64,000 nt of DNA from an uncultured Lentisphaerales bacterium (GTDB lineage: Bacteria > Verrucomicrobiota > Lentisphaeria > JABSQK01 > UBA12247). Location: the NCBI GenBank assembly GCA_943788985.1, contig CALSSJ010000036.1:96058-160057 (forward strand). Direction: 5' to 3'. Under the pieces are notes generated by a model. The model made no database searches and was not told the origin of the DNA. It worked only from the letters and a program-made list of their open reading frames with translations. Numbering within the stretch: position 1 is the first letter of the stretch; every line of letters starts with the position of its first letter. Below, piece after piece: positions 1-9,943 of this stretch. The position numbers and the translations under genes were made by a program.

Positions 1-11
1 AACTTAAAGCC

Positions 12-3000
12 GTGACGACGAAACTGACCGGTGCCCAGACCAAACTGCAGTCCGCGGTTGCGGTCAGCGACAGTGGGGCCTCATCCAAGGCATTACGCGA
101 TCAGCTACAGAAACTCAGTAAGGTCAATCAGGAATTGCTCTCTCAGATCGACCAACAACGTCAGGAACTCGTAGAGGTCGAGCAGGCAAAGACCGCCGTC
201 GCGGCTGCCTCAACTGCGCTCAAATCTACCACGGCTGAGCTCGCGGGGGCCGCCGAAGAAGCTGAAAAGTGGAAACTCGAAGCCAGGAACGCACAGCGCG
301 CCAAGGAACTTGCCACGCGTGAAATCACAGCGTTGCGTGAGAAGACCGGCGAGATCATGCGCCGTCTCGAAGCCCGGGATCAAGAAGTGGTTCGGGCGCA
401 AATTGCACTCGCCCAAAAGGAGAAGGCGTATCAGGCGGAGCTTGAAGCAATCCGTACGAGCAAGACCGCCACCGGTCAGACACTCGACGCGAGTCAGGCT
501 GAGTTGGCGTCCTTTCGAGATCGCCTACAAACCGCCCAGCAGGAACTAGCCAAACAAACCGACGCTCGTGACAAGGCCCTTGCCCGCGAATCCGCGTTGC
601 ACCGTGCGTTGGAAGCCACCAAGCAGGACCAGGACCGCATCGCCGCCACTCTCGCAGGCACCACCGAAGAGGCTGCAAAGTGGAAGCTCGAAGCCGGAAA
701 CGCACAGCGGGGCAAGGAACTTGTCGCCCGCGAACTCACAGCACTGCGCGAAAAAAACGCCGAGATCACGCGCCGTCTCGAAACCCAGGATCAAGAAGTG
801 GTCCAGGCGATAAATGCGCTCGACCAAAAAGAGAAAGCGTATCAGGCTGAGCTTGAAGCAATCCGCACGAGGAAGGCCGCTACAGATCAGACACTCGAGG
901 CAAGTCAGGCCGAGTTGGCTTCCTTTCGTGATCGCCTACAGACGGCTCGGCAGGAATTGGCCGAGCAGACCGAGGCGCGTGACAAGGCTCTCGCTCGCGA
1001 GTCTGCGTTGCACCGTGCGCTGGAATCCGCCAAGCGGGACCAGGACCGCACTGAGACGACTCTCCAAGAGCTTCAAGCCGCACTCGACAAGACAGAGGCA
1101 TCAAGCACAAAACTTGCTGCGGACCTCGCAGCTGCGAAAACGCGCGCCACCACTGCGGACGACCAAGTCGCACGTCTCGCAACAGTGAACGGTGATCTCG
1201 CCCACCAGCTGGAGGAAGCCAAGGTCCGGGCCGAAGAAGCGATGGCGCTGGCGAAGCCTGCAACGGAAGAAGCTGGTCTCGCCATGAAGCAAGCCCAAGT
1301 CGCCCGCCAGGCGGCTGAGACAGCGAGAGCCGAGGCAGATATCGCCAGAGCCGAAGCAGACCTTGCCCGAAAGGCCGCAGATGTCGCCAGAGAGAAGCAG
1401 GAAGAAGCAGAAGTTGCCATCGCCAATTCAGAGGCAGCCCAACGCCAGGCGGCGGACAATGTAGCCAAAGCCAGAGCCACTGCTGCGGCAGCAGCTGGGC
1501 GGGCAGATGTGGCAGAGGAAGTAGCAGCAAAGGCCAAGGATGCGGCGCGCACGGCAAAACGCGGTCAGGCTGCCACTGCCGCTGAGCGGGACGACCTGCG
1601 CGCAGAGCTAAACAACCTGCAGACTACGCTCAGCGCGCTAAGCAACCAGTTCCAAACTCTGAACGAGGACGCAAAGCGCCTTAAGGCCAGTGAAGCCGAG
1701 CTAAGGACAAATCTGGATGGCTCCCAGCAGCGGGCACTCACCGCAGAAACGCAGCTGGCCGAGCTTACAGAGACCGCGGAGCAGAGCAAGCAGGATCTGG
1801 CCGAAGCCCTTACCGCCGCAGACAATACCGCCGCACAAGCCAAAGACCTGCACCAGCAGCTTGCCAACCTCACGGGAGAGTTTGAACTCCTGAAGAAGGC
1901 TCGCCTGAAGGCGATGGAGGAATCGGGCGCGTCGCTAGCTGAGGCCAATGAAGCCAGAGCACAGATGGAAGAGATGCGCAAGAGCTTGACAGAGGCACAA
2001 GCTACCTTGGCGCTGGCTCAGGATGCGCAGCGCCAATCGGAAGAGGCAAGAGATGCTGCGCTGCTGGCTCGACATGCCGCGGAGAAATCCGACGACGACG
2101 CAAAAGTAGCCGCGCAGCAGGCGCTTGAAGAAGCCAACCGGCAGCAGGTTGCCGCAGATAAGGCGACAGCAGACGCAGAGGATCACAAGGCCCGTTCAGA
2201 AGCCATGGCGCAGCAACTCGCAGCCGCCAAAGAACGGGTTGCAGCCCTCGAGCAAGCCGCTGATGAAGCGCTCCTTCTAGCCCAGAGGAATAAGCAGGAA
2301 ACCGCGCAATCCAGCGCAACGCTGGCAGCTGCTCAAGTCAAGCTGGACAAGACAACCGCAGAGCTAGCGTCCCTCAGAGAAGAACGCAGTAAACTCCTCG
2401 ATACTGTCCAATTGCTGAACGGACAGCTTGAGACCGCCCGACAGACCGCCACAACCGCGGATGCTGATCGCACTGACAGCCGTCGGCAACTGGCGGAGGC
2501 CAAGGCGCAATTGCAGGATATAGCAGCAAGAGCCGACACGCTACGGGAAGCTGCCACAAGCAGCGTAGCCGAGTCGCAGGCCAAGATTGTCGTGCTGGAA
2601 GGCAAACTGGCCACACTGACTGAAGAATCAGCGGCGCTACGGGCAAACGTTGCCGAGGCCAGGACACGAGACGAGGCAGCCCAAACTGCAATGCGCAGTC
2701 TGGAAACCCAGAGCAAGCAGCTTACCCTGCTGAAAGAGAGACTCGAGACCACCATGGTGGCATTGGAGGCATCCAAGGCGACGCTTGCCGAACAGGAAAC
2801 GGCTCAAGCCGGCTCAACAGCACAAATTACTGCCCTTCGCAAGCAGCTAGCGGCCCAGCAGGCCTCCATCGAAAACTATGAGTTGGCAACCGACGAGCGT
2901 GTGAAAATGGCCTTGGCTGATGTTGCTGGCCGACAACAGGCGCTGGATGACGCAAAACGCCAGACGGATGAGCTCACGGTATTACTCAGGGCTACAAGGA

Positions 3001-4550
3001 ATGAGCTGGGCGAGGCACAGCGAAAATTTCTGGAGCACCAGGAAGCGGCCAGCCGCTTCCGCCGCCAGATTGCCGTCCTAGAAAAGACAACTCAAGACGA
3101 GACGGCCGCTCGCGCCGAGCTGAGCGAGCTCCTCAACACAGCGACCGAGAATACCGAAGCACTCACGATACAGCTCCGGGCGTTGGACGGAGATAAGAAG
3201 GGTTATGCCGCGAAAATAGACCAGGCAGAGAGAGAGCGCCAGGCCGCAGAGCAAGCACGGACCGCCGCGCTGCTGCAAGCCAATGAGGCTGTTGCCCAGC
3301 GCAAGGCTGCCGAGGAAGAAGCAAGACGCACTCGCGACTCCTACGAGCATGCCCAAGCATCTTGGGTAGAGTCACAATCCATGGCTGAAAATCTCCGCAA
3401 CCAGCTAGGCGAACTGCGCCGCGAGCAGGCGTTGGCAAGCAGCAGCAACGCCCTAGCAGTCTGGCAGGCCACGGCTGAGCAACTCAAGATCGAGCTTAAG
3501 AAGGCGAACGCCGATTTGGCCCGTCTGCGCAGCGAGCAGCAGAGCACCCGTGCGACCACACCGACACTTGCGGGCACCCGCCTCCCCACTCGGGTTGTGC
3601 CAGTAGCAGCGCCAAAGCTGAGCGACGCCCAGCTCAAAGCGAAGTTGCTGAGCGCTGAGAAACTGCTACAGTCGCAAAACAGCGGCCTCCAACTCGAAAG
3701 CCCCATCTTTAACGTCAGTGAAGGCAAGGTCGAAGTCCGCTTGAGCAATAAGCCTAATCTGGTCGACATTTCTGCCCTGAATGGCCTCCCGATCACGCAT
3801 CTGTATCTGCAGGGAAGCGGCATTCGGGACTTGAACGGCGTAAGCAGAATGCCATTGCGCGTCTTGAACCTATACCAATGTCGTCGCATCGGAAACTTTG
3901 CGCCGCTGCGTAGCAAGCGGCTCATTGAGCTGGACGCCACCGACACCACGCTGAACGATCTCCGAGTTCTTGCGGGTATGCCGCTAACTCGTTTGTTCCT
4001 CGATGGCACCTCGGTCCAAGACCTACTGCCACTTCGAGGCATGCCCCTGACGTACCTTTCCCTTAACAAGACCCGCATCACCGACCTGACCCCGCTTCGC
4101 AGCATGCGCCTGCGCACCCTGAGCGCCACCGATACCAACGTCTCCGACATCAGCATACTGTCAGGCATGCCACTTCAATCGCTCGGCCTCAGCCGTACTC
4201 TCATTTCCGACATTTCGCCGCTTCGTGGGCTGGAGTTACACGTCATCTACCTAAACGGTACGAATGTTGACGACATCTCCGCTTTGACAGGCATGCCGGT
4301 GACCAACTTGAATCTGAGCGGCACCCCAATTCTAGACCTTGCCCCACTTTCGGGTCTACCGATGCGCAAACTCAATCTGGAGGCCTGTCCCAACACGCTC
4401 GACCTGCAGCCGCTCGTGGCCTGTCAGCAGCTCAGCCGACTTCAATTGCCACGCACCTATAAGAATCTCGAACTGTTCCGCGGCCATCGCGCGCTGCGCT
4501 ACGTCACCACTGCAGAAGGCTCCAAGCGACTCAGTGACGTCCTGAAATAG
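12..4550 (+). CDS. Very large coiled-coil protein with C-terminal leucine-rich repeats (probably 5'-truncated by the window edge)
   Basis: About 1170 aa of Ala/Glu/Gln/Lys/Arg-rich heptad sequence, a Pro/Thr linker, then about 12 LRRs of about 21 aa (e.g. DLLPLRGMPLTYLSLNKTRIT). The frame is open back to the window start. Confidence 0.8.
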   Translation: MTTKLTGAQTKLQSAVAVSDSGASSKALRDQLQKLSKVNQELLSQIDQQRQELVEVEQAKTAVAAASTALKSTTAELAGAAEEAEKWKLEARNAQRAKELATREITALREKTGEIMRRLEARDQEVVRAQIALAQKEKAYQAELEAIRTSKTATGQTLDASQAELASFRDRLQTAQQELAKQTDARDKALARESALHRALEATKQDQDRIAATLAGTTEEAAKWKLEAGNAQRGKELVARELTALREKNAEITRRLETQDQEVVQAINALDQKEKAYQAELEAIRTRKAATDQTLEASQAELASFRDRLQTARQELAEQTEARDKALARESALHRALESAKRDQDRTETTLQELQAALDKTEASSTKLAADLAAAKTRATTADDQVARLATVNGDLAHQLEEAKVRAEEAMALAKPATEEAGLAMKQAQVARQAAETARAEADIARAEADLARKAADVAREKQEEAEVAIANSEAAQRQAADNVAKARATAAAAAGRADVAEEVAAKAKDAARTAKRGQAATAAERDDLRAELNNLQTTLSALSNQFQTLNEDAKRLKASEAELRTNLDGSQQRALTAETQLAELTETAEQSKQDLAEALTAADNTAAQAKDLHQQLANLTGEFELLKKARLKAMEESGASLAEANEARAQMEEMRKSLTEAQATLALAQDAQRQSEEARDAALLARHAAEKSDDDAKVAAQQALEEANRQQVAADKATADAEDHKARSEAMAQQLAAAKERVAALEQAADEALLLAQRNKQETAQSSATLAAAQVKLDKTTAELASLREERSKLLDTVQLLNGQLETARQTATTADADRTDSRRQLAEAKAQLQDIAARADTLREAATSSVAESQAKIVVLEGKLATLTEESAALRANVAEARTRDEAAQTAMRSLETQSKQLTLLKERLETTMVALEASKATLAEQETAQAGSTAQITALRKQLAAQQASIENYELATDERVKMALADVAGRQQALDDAKRQTDELTVLLRATRNELGEAQRKFLEHQEAASRFRRQIAVLEKTTQDETAARAELSELLNTATENTEALTIQLRALDGDKKGYAAKIDQAERERQAAEQARTAALLQANEAVAQRKAAEEEARRTRDSYEHAQASWVESQSMAENLRNQLGELRREQALASSSNALAVWQATAEQLKIELKKANADLARLRSEQQSTRATTPTLAGTRLPTRVVPVAAPKLSDAQLKAKLLSAEKLLQSQNSGLQLESPIFNVSEGKVEVRLSNKPNLVDISALNGLPITHLYLQGSGIRDLNGVSRMPLRVLNLYQCRRIGNFAPLRSKRLIELDATDTTLNDLRVLAGMPLTRLFLDGTSVQDLLPLRGMPLTYLSLNKTRITDLTPLRSMRLRTLSATDTNVSDISILSGMPLQSLGLSRTLISDISPLRGLELHVIYLNGTNVDDISALTGMPVTNLNLSGTPILDLAPLSGLPMRKLNLEACPNTLDLQPLVACQQLSRLQLPRTYKNLELFRGHRALRYVTTAEGSKRLSDVLK
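240..1065 (+). repeat. Intragenic tandem duplication, 2 x 411 nt (137 aa)
   Basis: aagtggaaactcgaagcc at 267 recurs as aagtggaagctcgaagcc at 678. The protein block KWKLEA...RESALHRALE occurs twice. Confidence 0.9.
3765..4505 (+). repeat. LRR array (about 12 units of about 63 nt)
   Basis: Repeated DL/IxPLxGMPLxxLxLxxTxI/Vx units in the translation. Confidence 0.85.
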
Positions 4551-4554
4551 CCCG

Positions 4555-4854
4555 ATGGAAGATAAGGCCCTTCTCAGCGACGAACAGGTCGACACCAAAC
4601 TCTCTGGCATGCCAGGCTGGCAACGAGCCGGTGGATTCATCCAAAAGACCTTCCAGTTTTCCGATTTTCGAGCGATCAACAGATTTCTGCCATATCTTGC
4701 AGCAACGATCGTCACACAAAATCATCATCCAGACTTCAATCTGGATACAACGAAAAAGCAAGTCTACGTGCGCGCCACTACGCACAGTGCCGGGAGCACA
4801 GTCACTCAAGCCGACCTCGATCTTGCAGAAGCTCTGAACGCATGGGATTGCTAA
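4555..4854 (+). CDS. phhB: Pterin-4-alpha-carbinolamine dehydratase family protein
   Basis: 99 aa with GW...KTFQFSDF, NHHPD and TTHSAG..TQADLDLA motifs. Confidence 0.85.
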   Translation: MEDKALLSDEQVDTKLSGMPGWQRAGGFIQKTFQFSDFRAINRFLPYLAATIVTQNHHPDFNLDTTKKQVYVRATTHSAGSTVTQADLDLAEALNAWDC

Positions 4855-4860
4855 CAAACA

Positions 4861-7008
4861 ATGGCAAACATTGAGACACGGTGCACACACTGCAAAGCTG
4901 TATTTGAAGCAGACGAGAAACAGATAGACCGGAAGATCCCCTGCCAGAAATGTGGGGAAACGTTCCTAGTGCGGCGGAAGCTTGGCTTCAAGAAAGACAC
5001 CAGTTCTCCAGTGGAGCCCGAGACCACGCCGGAAGCACCTCCCGCTCCAGCGCGCGCGCCGTCCAAGGCCAGCCTCAAGAAACGTGAGGCCCTCGCCGAG
5101 TCAACGGTCATTGTACCGCCGCCCGAGAATCCGCCGCCACGCCGAACGGCACCGCCTGCTGCTGCGCCACTTATCCGCCCGGTTCAGGCAGCCAGCCCGC
5201 CGGAAAATGCCCATGCTTCCATAATGGATGAGTCGATCCTCGACGACTACGAAGAGAGACGCGCCGACCGCAGAAAGCACAGCATCTTCAGCCTGATTTT
5301 CCGCTTCCTGCTCTTGCTTGGAGTCGCAGCGGGTGCCTACTGGTACGTCACCAAGCCAAAGAGCAACCGCAACATCGGCCTCCGACCGCCCAAGCCACCA
5401 GTACGTGACTCCGCACAAATCTCCGCGGATGTCTCGCGCATCGTCGCTATCAAGACCTCCGCCAAGCGCCGCCGCGAACTTCGCAGCCTGCTGCTTGCCA
5501 ACGATCAGCAGACCATCATGGCTCTCCTGGATGCCAAGTCGCCTTCAGTCGCGCGTGATTTGGCGGACCTGGCAGCGATTGTGCCCACCGATGCCGCTCC
5601 GATCCTTGGGCGCATCATGGTGCTCAGTGACGCGCAGGCAGCCAGCACGGCCACACGCTCCATGACAGCCATCGCCGACTCCCTGTATCATGGAATCATC
5701 GACCTTTACCTGAAGGCTTCGCCAGCCAGGCGATCGCAGTATGCCAGCATGCTGGAAGGCGCGGTAGCATCCAGGGCAGCCATAATGACGCGCCTGCGAG
5801 ATGAACTTCCTGCCCCCGAGGCATTGGCGCTGTTGTGGCAACTCGGTGATGAAAGTGTGGCCGAACAACTGATCGACGCCAGCTCGGCAAATCCCAAGCT
5901 GTTGCCCATCTTCAGTAAGATGACGACTGCCCAAGAAGCGACGCTGAGTCAAATCGCCGAGGTCGCCGGTCCAGATCGTGTGGTCGCCATGATGCCGCTT
6001 TTCCGCGCGCACCGGAATCGACAGCTCTGCGGCTTCGTATTCGAGCATGACGACTCCTTCCAAAAGGCCAAACTCCTCGCGATCCAAGCCTGCAAAGAGG
6101 CCAACAGAGCAGACCTGTTGCTGGACCTTGTGAACAGCGAGAACAGTGAACTCAAGAAGGCCGCCTTTGCCGCAGTGGATGCGATCAAGCCCAACGCCCA
6201 GCAGGCCCTCCGGACCTATATCAAGGCCTATCCAAAGTCAAAGGGGGTTCTCGGCAAGATGGTCGCGACCTCCATCCCGGTGGGCAAGGATCTCAATCGT
6301 CTGCTTGCGCAGGGGAAGTCCGCCGCCAAAGCAATCGAACTGGCTGGCCGGATGCGCCGCGATGCTGTGGCCGCTATCCCCATGATTGTGAAGGCCACAA
6401 GAGCCAATCCCGGGCTCGAGAAGGCCGCCCGGACTGCTCTCTTAAAAATTGGCGGGCCCAACTCGACCGATTTCGACAAGCTGCTCACCTTTCATGGCGA
6501 TAAGGTCGCTGGCACCTTGGCGATGGATTCGCTCGCGCGAGCTGACTCGGAAATGACCGGAAAGATCGGGCAACTCGCTGATTGCGTGGGCTCCGTATCC
6601 TATAAGTCTGTGGTAAAGACACTCGTGGAGATCGGTGCCGACTATGAAAAGATCCAGCCAAAGATCGCAGAAATGGTTGAGGCCCCGCACACGACCAAAG
6701 GAGCAGTCGCTTGTGCCACGGCATTTGGTGATACTGCCACCATTAAAGCGGCTCTTTCCAGCATGGAAGCTGACATTCGGGCCGCTGCCTTCCCGGCCGC
6801 GGCAAAAGCCGTTCTCGCACGAGTTCTCCCGCCAAGCGACTACATCAGCGCTGCAAACGTAGAAGTAGACTGCCCGGAGGCGGCGCTGAAGGGACTGCAA
6901 ATTTGTGCTTCCCAGATCAAATCGATCGAGTCGTCCGTCGAACACCTCGCGACCGTGGTTGACAACAGCATCTCCAAGAAGGCCCGAGAACGCCTAGGCC
7001 TGGAATAA
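4861..7008 (+). CDS. Zinc-ribbon, single-TM, HEAT-like helical repeat protein
   Basis: N-terminal CTHC...CQKC, Pro-rich linker, one hydrophobic helix (LIFRFLLLLGVAAGAYWYV), then an Ala/Leu-rich helical region. Confidence 0.7.
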   Translation: MANIETRCTHCKAVFEADEKQIDRKIPCQKCGETFLVRRKLGFKKDTSSPVEPETTPEAPPAPARAPSKASLKKREALAESTVIVPPPENPPPRRTAPPAAAPLIRPVQAASPPENAHASIMDESILDDYEERRADRRKHSIFSLIFRFLLLLGVAAGAYWYVTKPKSNRNIGLRPPKPPVRDSAQISADVSRIVAIKTSAKRRRELRSLLLANDQQTIMALLDAKSPSVARDLADLAAIVPTDAAPILGRIMVLSDAQAASTATRSMTAIADSLYHGIIDLYLKASPARRSQYASMLEGAVASRAAIMTRLRDELPAPEALALLWQLGDESVAEQLIDASSANPKLLPIFSKMTTAQEATLSQIAEVAGPDRVVAMMPLFRAHRNRQLCGFVFEHDDSFQKAKLLAIQACKEANRADLLLDLVNSENSELKKAAFAAVDAIKPNAQQALRTYIKAYPKSKGVLGKMVATSIPVGKDLNRLLAQGKSAAKAIELAGRMRRDAVAAIPMIVKATRANPGLEKAARTALLKIGGPNSTDFDKLLTFHGDKVAGTLAMDSLARADSEMTGKIGQLADCVGSVSYKSVVKTLVEIGADYEKIQPKIAEMVEAPHTTKGAVACATAFGDTATIKAALSSMEADIRAAAFPAAAKAVLARVLPPSDYISAANVEVDCPEAALKGLQICASQIKSIESSVEHLATVVDNSISKKARERLGLE

Positions 7009-7151
7009 ACGCTGCCACGCTTCCAGTAAGACAGCCAAGCGTCCATTTCCACTGAGCGGGGAAAGTTCGCTGTTTGTTGTGGGGAGCCGTCTGCGGAGGT
7101 GTAGTGGCTGGTGTCCTGCTTTTCCCTACTCAGCACCCCTCGATACCCCGC

Positions 7152-9461
7152 ATGATCCGTGCTTTCCTCTTTATACTCGCCTCATCCATCATTCTCCTGT
7201 CCGACCTGCCGGCTTCAGAGCTTAAGCAACCGCTGCTGCGCGACGGCGCCTGGTACCAACGCTGGTACTTGAACAAGGTTGCAGAACAGCAACTGAACAC
7301 CAAAGATCAGCTTCAGCTACTCTGTAAATGGACGGGCCAGAACGAGTTTTTCACGCATGATCCCCAAGGCCTCAGCGAACACGATCAGGTTACCGTCAAC
7401 CTGCAGACCGACAGCCTACCGCCCGCGGGCAGCGTCCTCTACATTTTCACCAAAGACTGGGACAATCTCTGGCGGCAATTGAGATTCGAACTTGGCCAGG
7501 CTACCGAGTGGCAGCTTACCGTTCCATTGGGCGGCCCGGACGCCGCACTGCACTGGGGAGTCGTCGGCCATCAGCGACCGTGGCACCAACTCGCCGCCTC
7601 TCAGCTCATCGAATTTGGTCTTAAGTTTGACGTAGAAGGCACACCTCCCGAGTCCGAGCAGACATTCACCGTGGTCTCAATCACCGGCAGTTCGCCCAAA
7701 CCGCCAGTTTGCGAAGTTCGCAACATCCTTCCCGGCCCGGACTTACTGCCAGTTGGCGAAAAGTATGAGCTCTCGTTTCAGCTGACACATCCCTACTCCA
7801 ATCCATTCGACACGCGCGAGGTGGACCTGATGGCAGAAGTCACGCGCCCCGATGGGACGCAGACCCAAGCGCGTGTCTTCTACCACGAGCCTTTTGCCTT
7901 CGACGAACAGCGCTTTCATGCGGACCTTGAGCCCGCTGGAACGCCAGATTTTCGCCTGCGCTACACGCCGACCCAGGCGGGGCTTCATCGCATAGCCGTA
8001 CGTGGCCATGTCGGGGATCGTACCATTGCCCTCCCCTCCCAAACCTTTCAGGCCACTCCCGCCCCCGACTTTCGCGGCTTTCTCCAACGGTCAACCGACG
8101 ATCCCTTACTCCTGACCTGGTCGCAAAAGGACGGCGAGCACTGCCCGGTAGGCGTGAACGTCCGATCCCCCTACGACAATCGCTACCGCGACTCCTTCCC
8201 ATACACAGCGTGGGAAGACGAAGGCCTAACCATGTACAAGCGGCTGTTCGAGCGCTACGCCGCCTTGGGCATCGATACCGTCGAGCTGTGGATGTCTCCG
8301 TGGTGGCTCGCGCTCGAATGGATTCCGGACGCCCCTGGAAATCACGGTCTCGGGTACTACAGCCCCTGGCGAGCCTGGAAGCTTGATAGGATTTTTGAAT
8401 GGGCCGAAGAATACGACATCGATATCATTCTCCTCATTCACAATCACGGGAAGTTTAGCACTTGGTGCGACTCTGACTGGGCTCGAAGCCCGTGGAATGC
8501 GAAGAACGGCGGACCACACGATTCCCCCACACGATTCTTCTACGACGAGGAAACAGTCGCTAGCACCAAGCGCATGCTCGACTACCTCGTAGCCCGCTGG
8601 GGCTATTCGCCCAGGCTTATGAGCTGGAAACTGTTCAGTGAAATCGACTTAACAGGCAAAGACCGGCAATGGTACAAGCACCCGCACATGGCCACCTGGC
8701 ACAAAACCATGGGCGCATACTTGAAGGAGATCGACCCCAACAAGCATCTCGTCAGTACCCATTGGTCCACCAGCTACCAATGGGTAAATCGGGATGTCGC
8801 TGGCCTCAAAGAGCTCGACATCGTACTCCTCGACGCCTACTACCAAGGCTCCGGAGCCAATAAGCTCTACGTGACCGTCCAGAAAACCGGCGAGTTTGCA
8901 TTGGACATAGAAAAGCCATGTGTCATCACTGAATTTGGGGGTAACCCCTACGGAGACACCATGGGCCACATCCTCCACCAGCATCACTTGGGGCTCTGGT
9001 CGGGGTACTTCCACAAGATGGCCTCCATCCCCTTCTTCTGGTGGTTTACACTCTTAGAAGAGCACCCGGGCCTATATAGCCGCTACCGCGGCATTGCCCG
9101 CTTTATCGACAACGAGGATCGCACTGGCGCGGAATTTCACAGCACGGTCCTTGGCCAACTCGGGTATTGCGAACTCCGCACCCCCGGGCGCCTGCTCCTT
9201 TGGATCTTCGATCGCAAGTACTACTACTCTGGCAGGCTGGATGCGACCCCAGAGGTACACGACGAAGCTCAGATTCAGCTGGAACTTGACAGCGGTAGGT
9301 ATCATGTCGAGTTCTGGGACCCTACCAGCGGTGATATCCTAATAACTCGCGAGGTGCTGTGGGATAGCGGGGCCAAAAATTCGCTGCCTTTGCCAGCCTT
9401 CGAGCGCGATATCGCGGTAAAACTGTCGCCTCTCGGCCAGACGGAGTTGCGGGAACGTTAA
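7152..9461 (+). CDS. Secreted DUF5060-domain glycoside hydrolase (clan GH-A, GH5-like)
   Basis: Signal peptide MIRAFLFILASS; DUF5060-like YSNPFD...FRLRYTPTQAG; candidate catalytic Glu residues in WKLFSEID and ITEFG. Confidence 0.7.
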   Translation: MIRAFLFILASSIILLSDLPASELKQPLLRDGAWYQRWYLNKVAEQQLNTKDQLQLLCKWTGQNEFFTHDPQGLSEHDQVTVNLQTDSLPPAGSVLYIFTKDWDNLWRQLRFELGQATEWQLTVPLGGPDAALHWGVVGHQRPWHQLAASQLIEFGLKFDVEGTPPESEQTFTVVSITGSSPKPPVCEVRNILPGPDLLPVGEKYELSFQLTHPYSNPFDTREVDLMAEVTRPDGTQTQARVFYHEPFAFDEQRFHADLEPAGTPDFRLRYTPTQAGLHRIAVRGHVGDRTIALPSQTFQATPAPDFRGFLQRSTDDPLLLTWSQKDGEHCPVGVNVRSPYDNRYRDSFPYTAWEDEGLTMYKRLFERYAALGIDTVELWMSPWWLALEWIPDAPGNHGLGYYSPWRAWKLDRIFEWAEEYDIDIILLIHNHGKFSTWCDSDWARSPWNAKNGGPHDSPTRFFYDEETVASTKRMLDYLVARWGYSPRLMSWKLFSEIDLTGKDRQWYKHPHMATWHKTMGAYLKEIDPNKHLVSTHWSTSYQWVNRDVAGLKELDIVLLDAYYQGSGANKLYVTVQKTGEFALDIEKPCVITEFGGNPYGDTMGHILHQHHLGLWSGYFHKMASIPFFWWFTLLEEHPGLYSRYRGIARFIDNEDRTGAEFHSTVLGQLGYCELRTPGRLLLWIFDRKYYYSGRLDATPEVHDEAQIQLELDSGRYHVEFWDPTSGDILITREVLWDSGAKNSLPLPAFERDIAVKLSPLGQTELRER

Positions 9462-9508
9462 GATTCGCTACAGTGCTTGTATATGCCGAGCTACACTGGA
9501 GAGATTTT

Positions 9509-9925
9509 ATGATTCGCTATGTTCTTATGGCCGCCACAGCCGTCCTTCTAGTGGGCTGCACCACGACCGGTACGACGGTCAACACCGACAGCGGCGAGTC
9601 GTACGAATTGCGACGCAGCGGGAATTCCTTTGTGGTCGACGTCCCCAGCACAATTCAAGACACCCATCTTGCGATCCTTCGCGGGTTTCGTGACCTGCGC
9701 ATTACGCCAATCATGCACAACGATGCGGTCTCCGCGCTCTACGAAGCAGAGTTCGCAGACGCCACGCCATTCTCAGTGCGCCTGTCGCAGATCGACCGGC
9801 ACAACGTCCATCTCAGGATACGTGTCGGCACGCTCGCCGACCAGCCTCGCGCTGAATATCTGTTTCGCCAGTTTGAGTCGTACTTTCCCGACGAGCGGTT
9901 CAGCTTGGGACCGGACGGAAAGTAG
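9509..9925 (+). CDS. DUF3568-family lipoprotein
   Basis: Lipobox LLVGC; C-terminal LRIRVGTLADQ resembles DUF3568. Confidence 0.6.
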   Translation: MIRYVLMAATAVLLVGCTTTGTTVNTDSGESYELRRSGNSFVVDVPSTIQDTHLAILRGFRDLRITPIMHNDAVSALYEAEFADATPFSVRLSQIDRHNVHLRIRVGTLADQPRAEYLFRQFESYFPDERFSLGPDGK

Positions 9926-9943
9926 CTAACGTGATGCCCAGCC

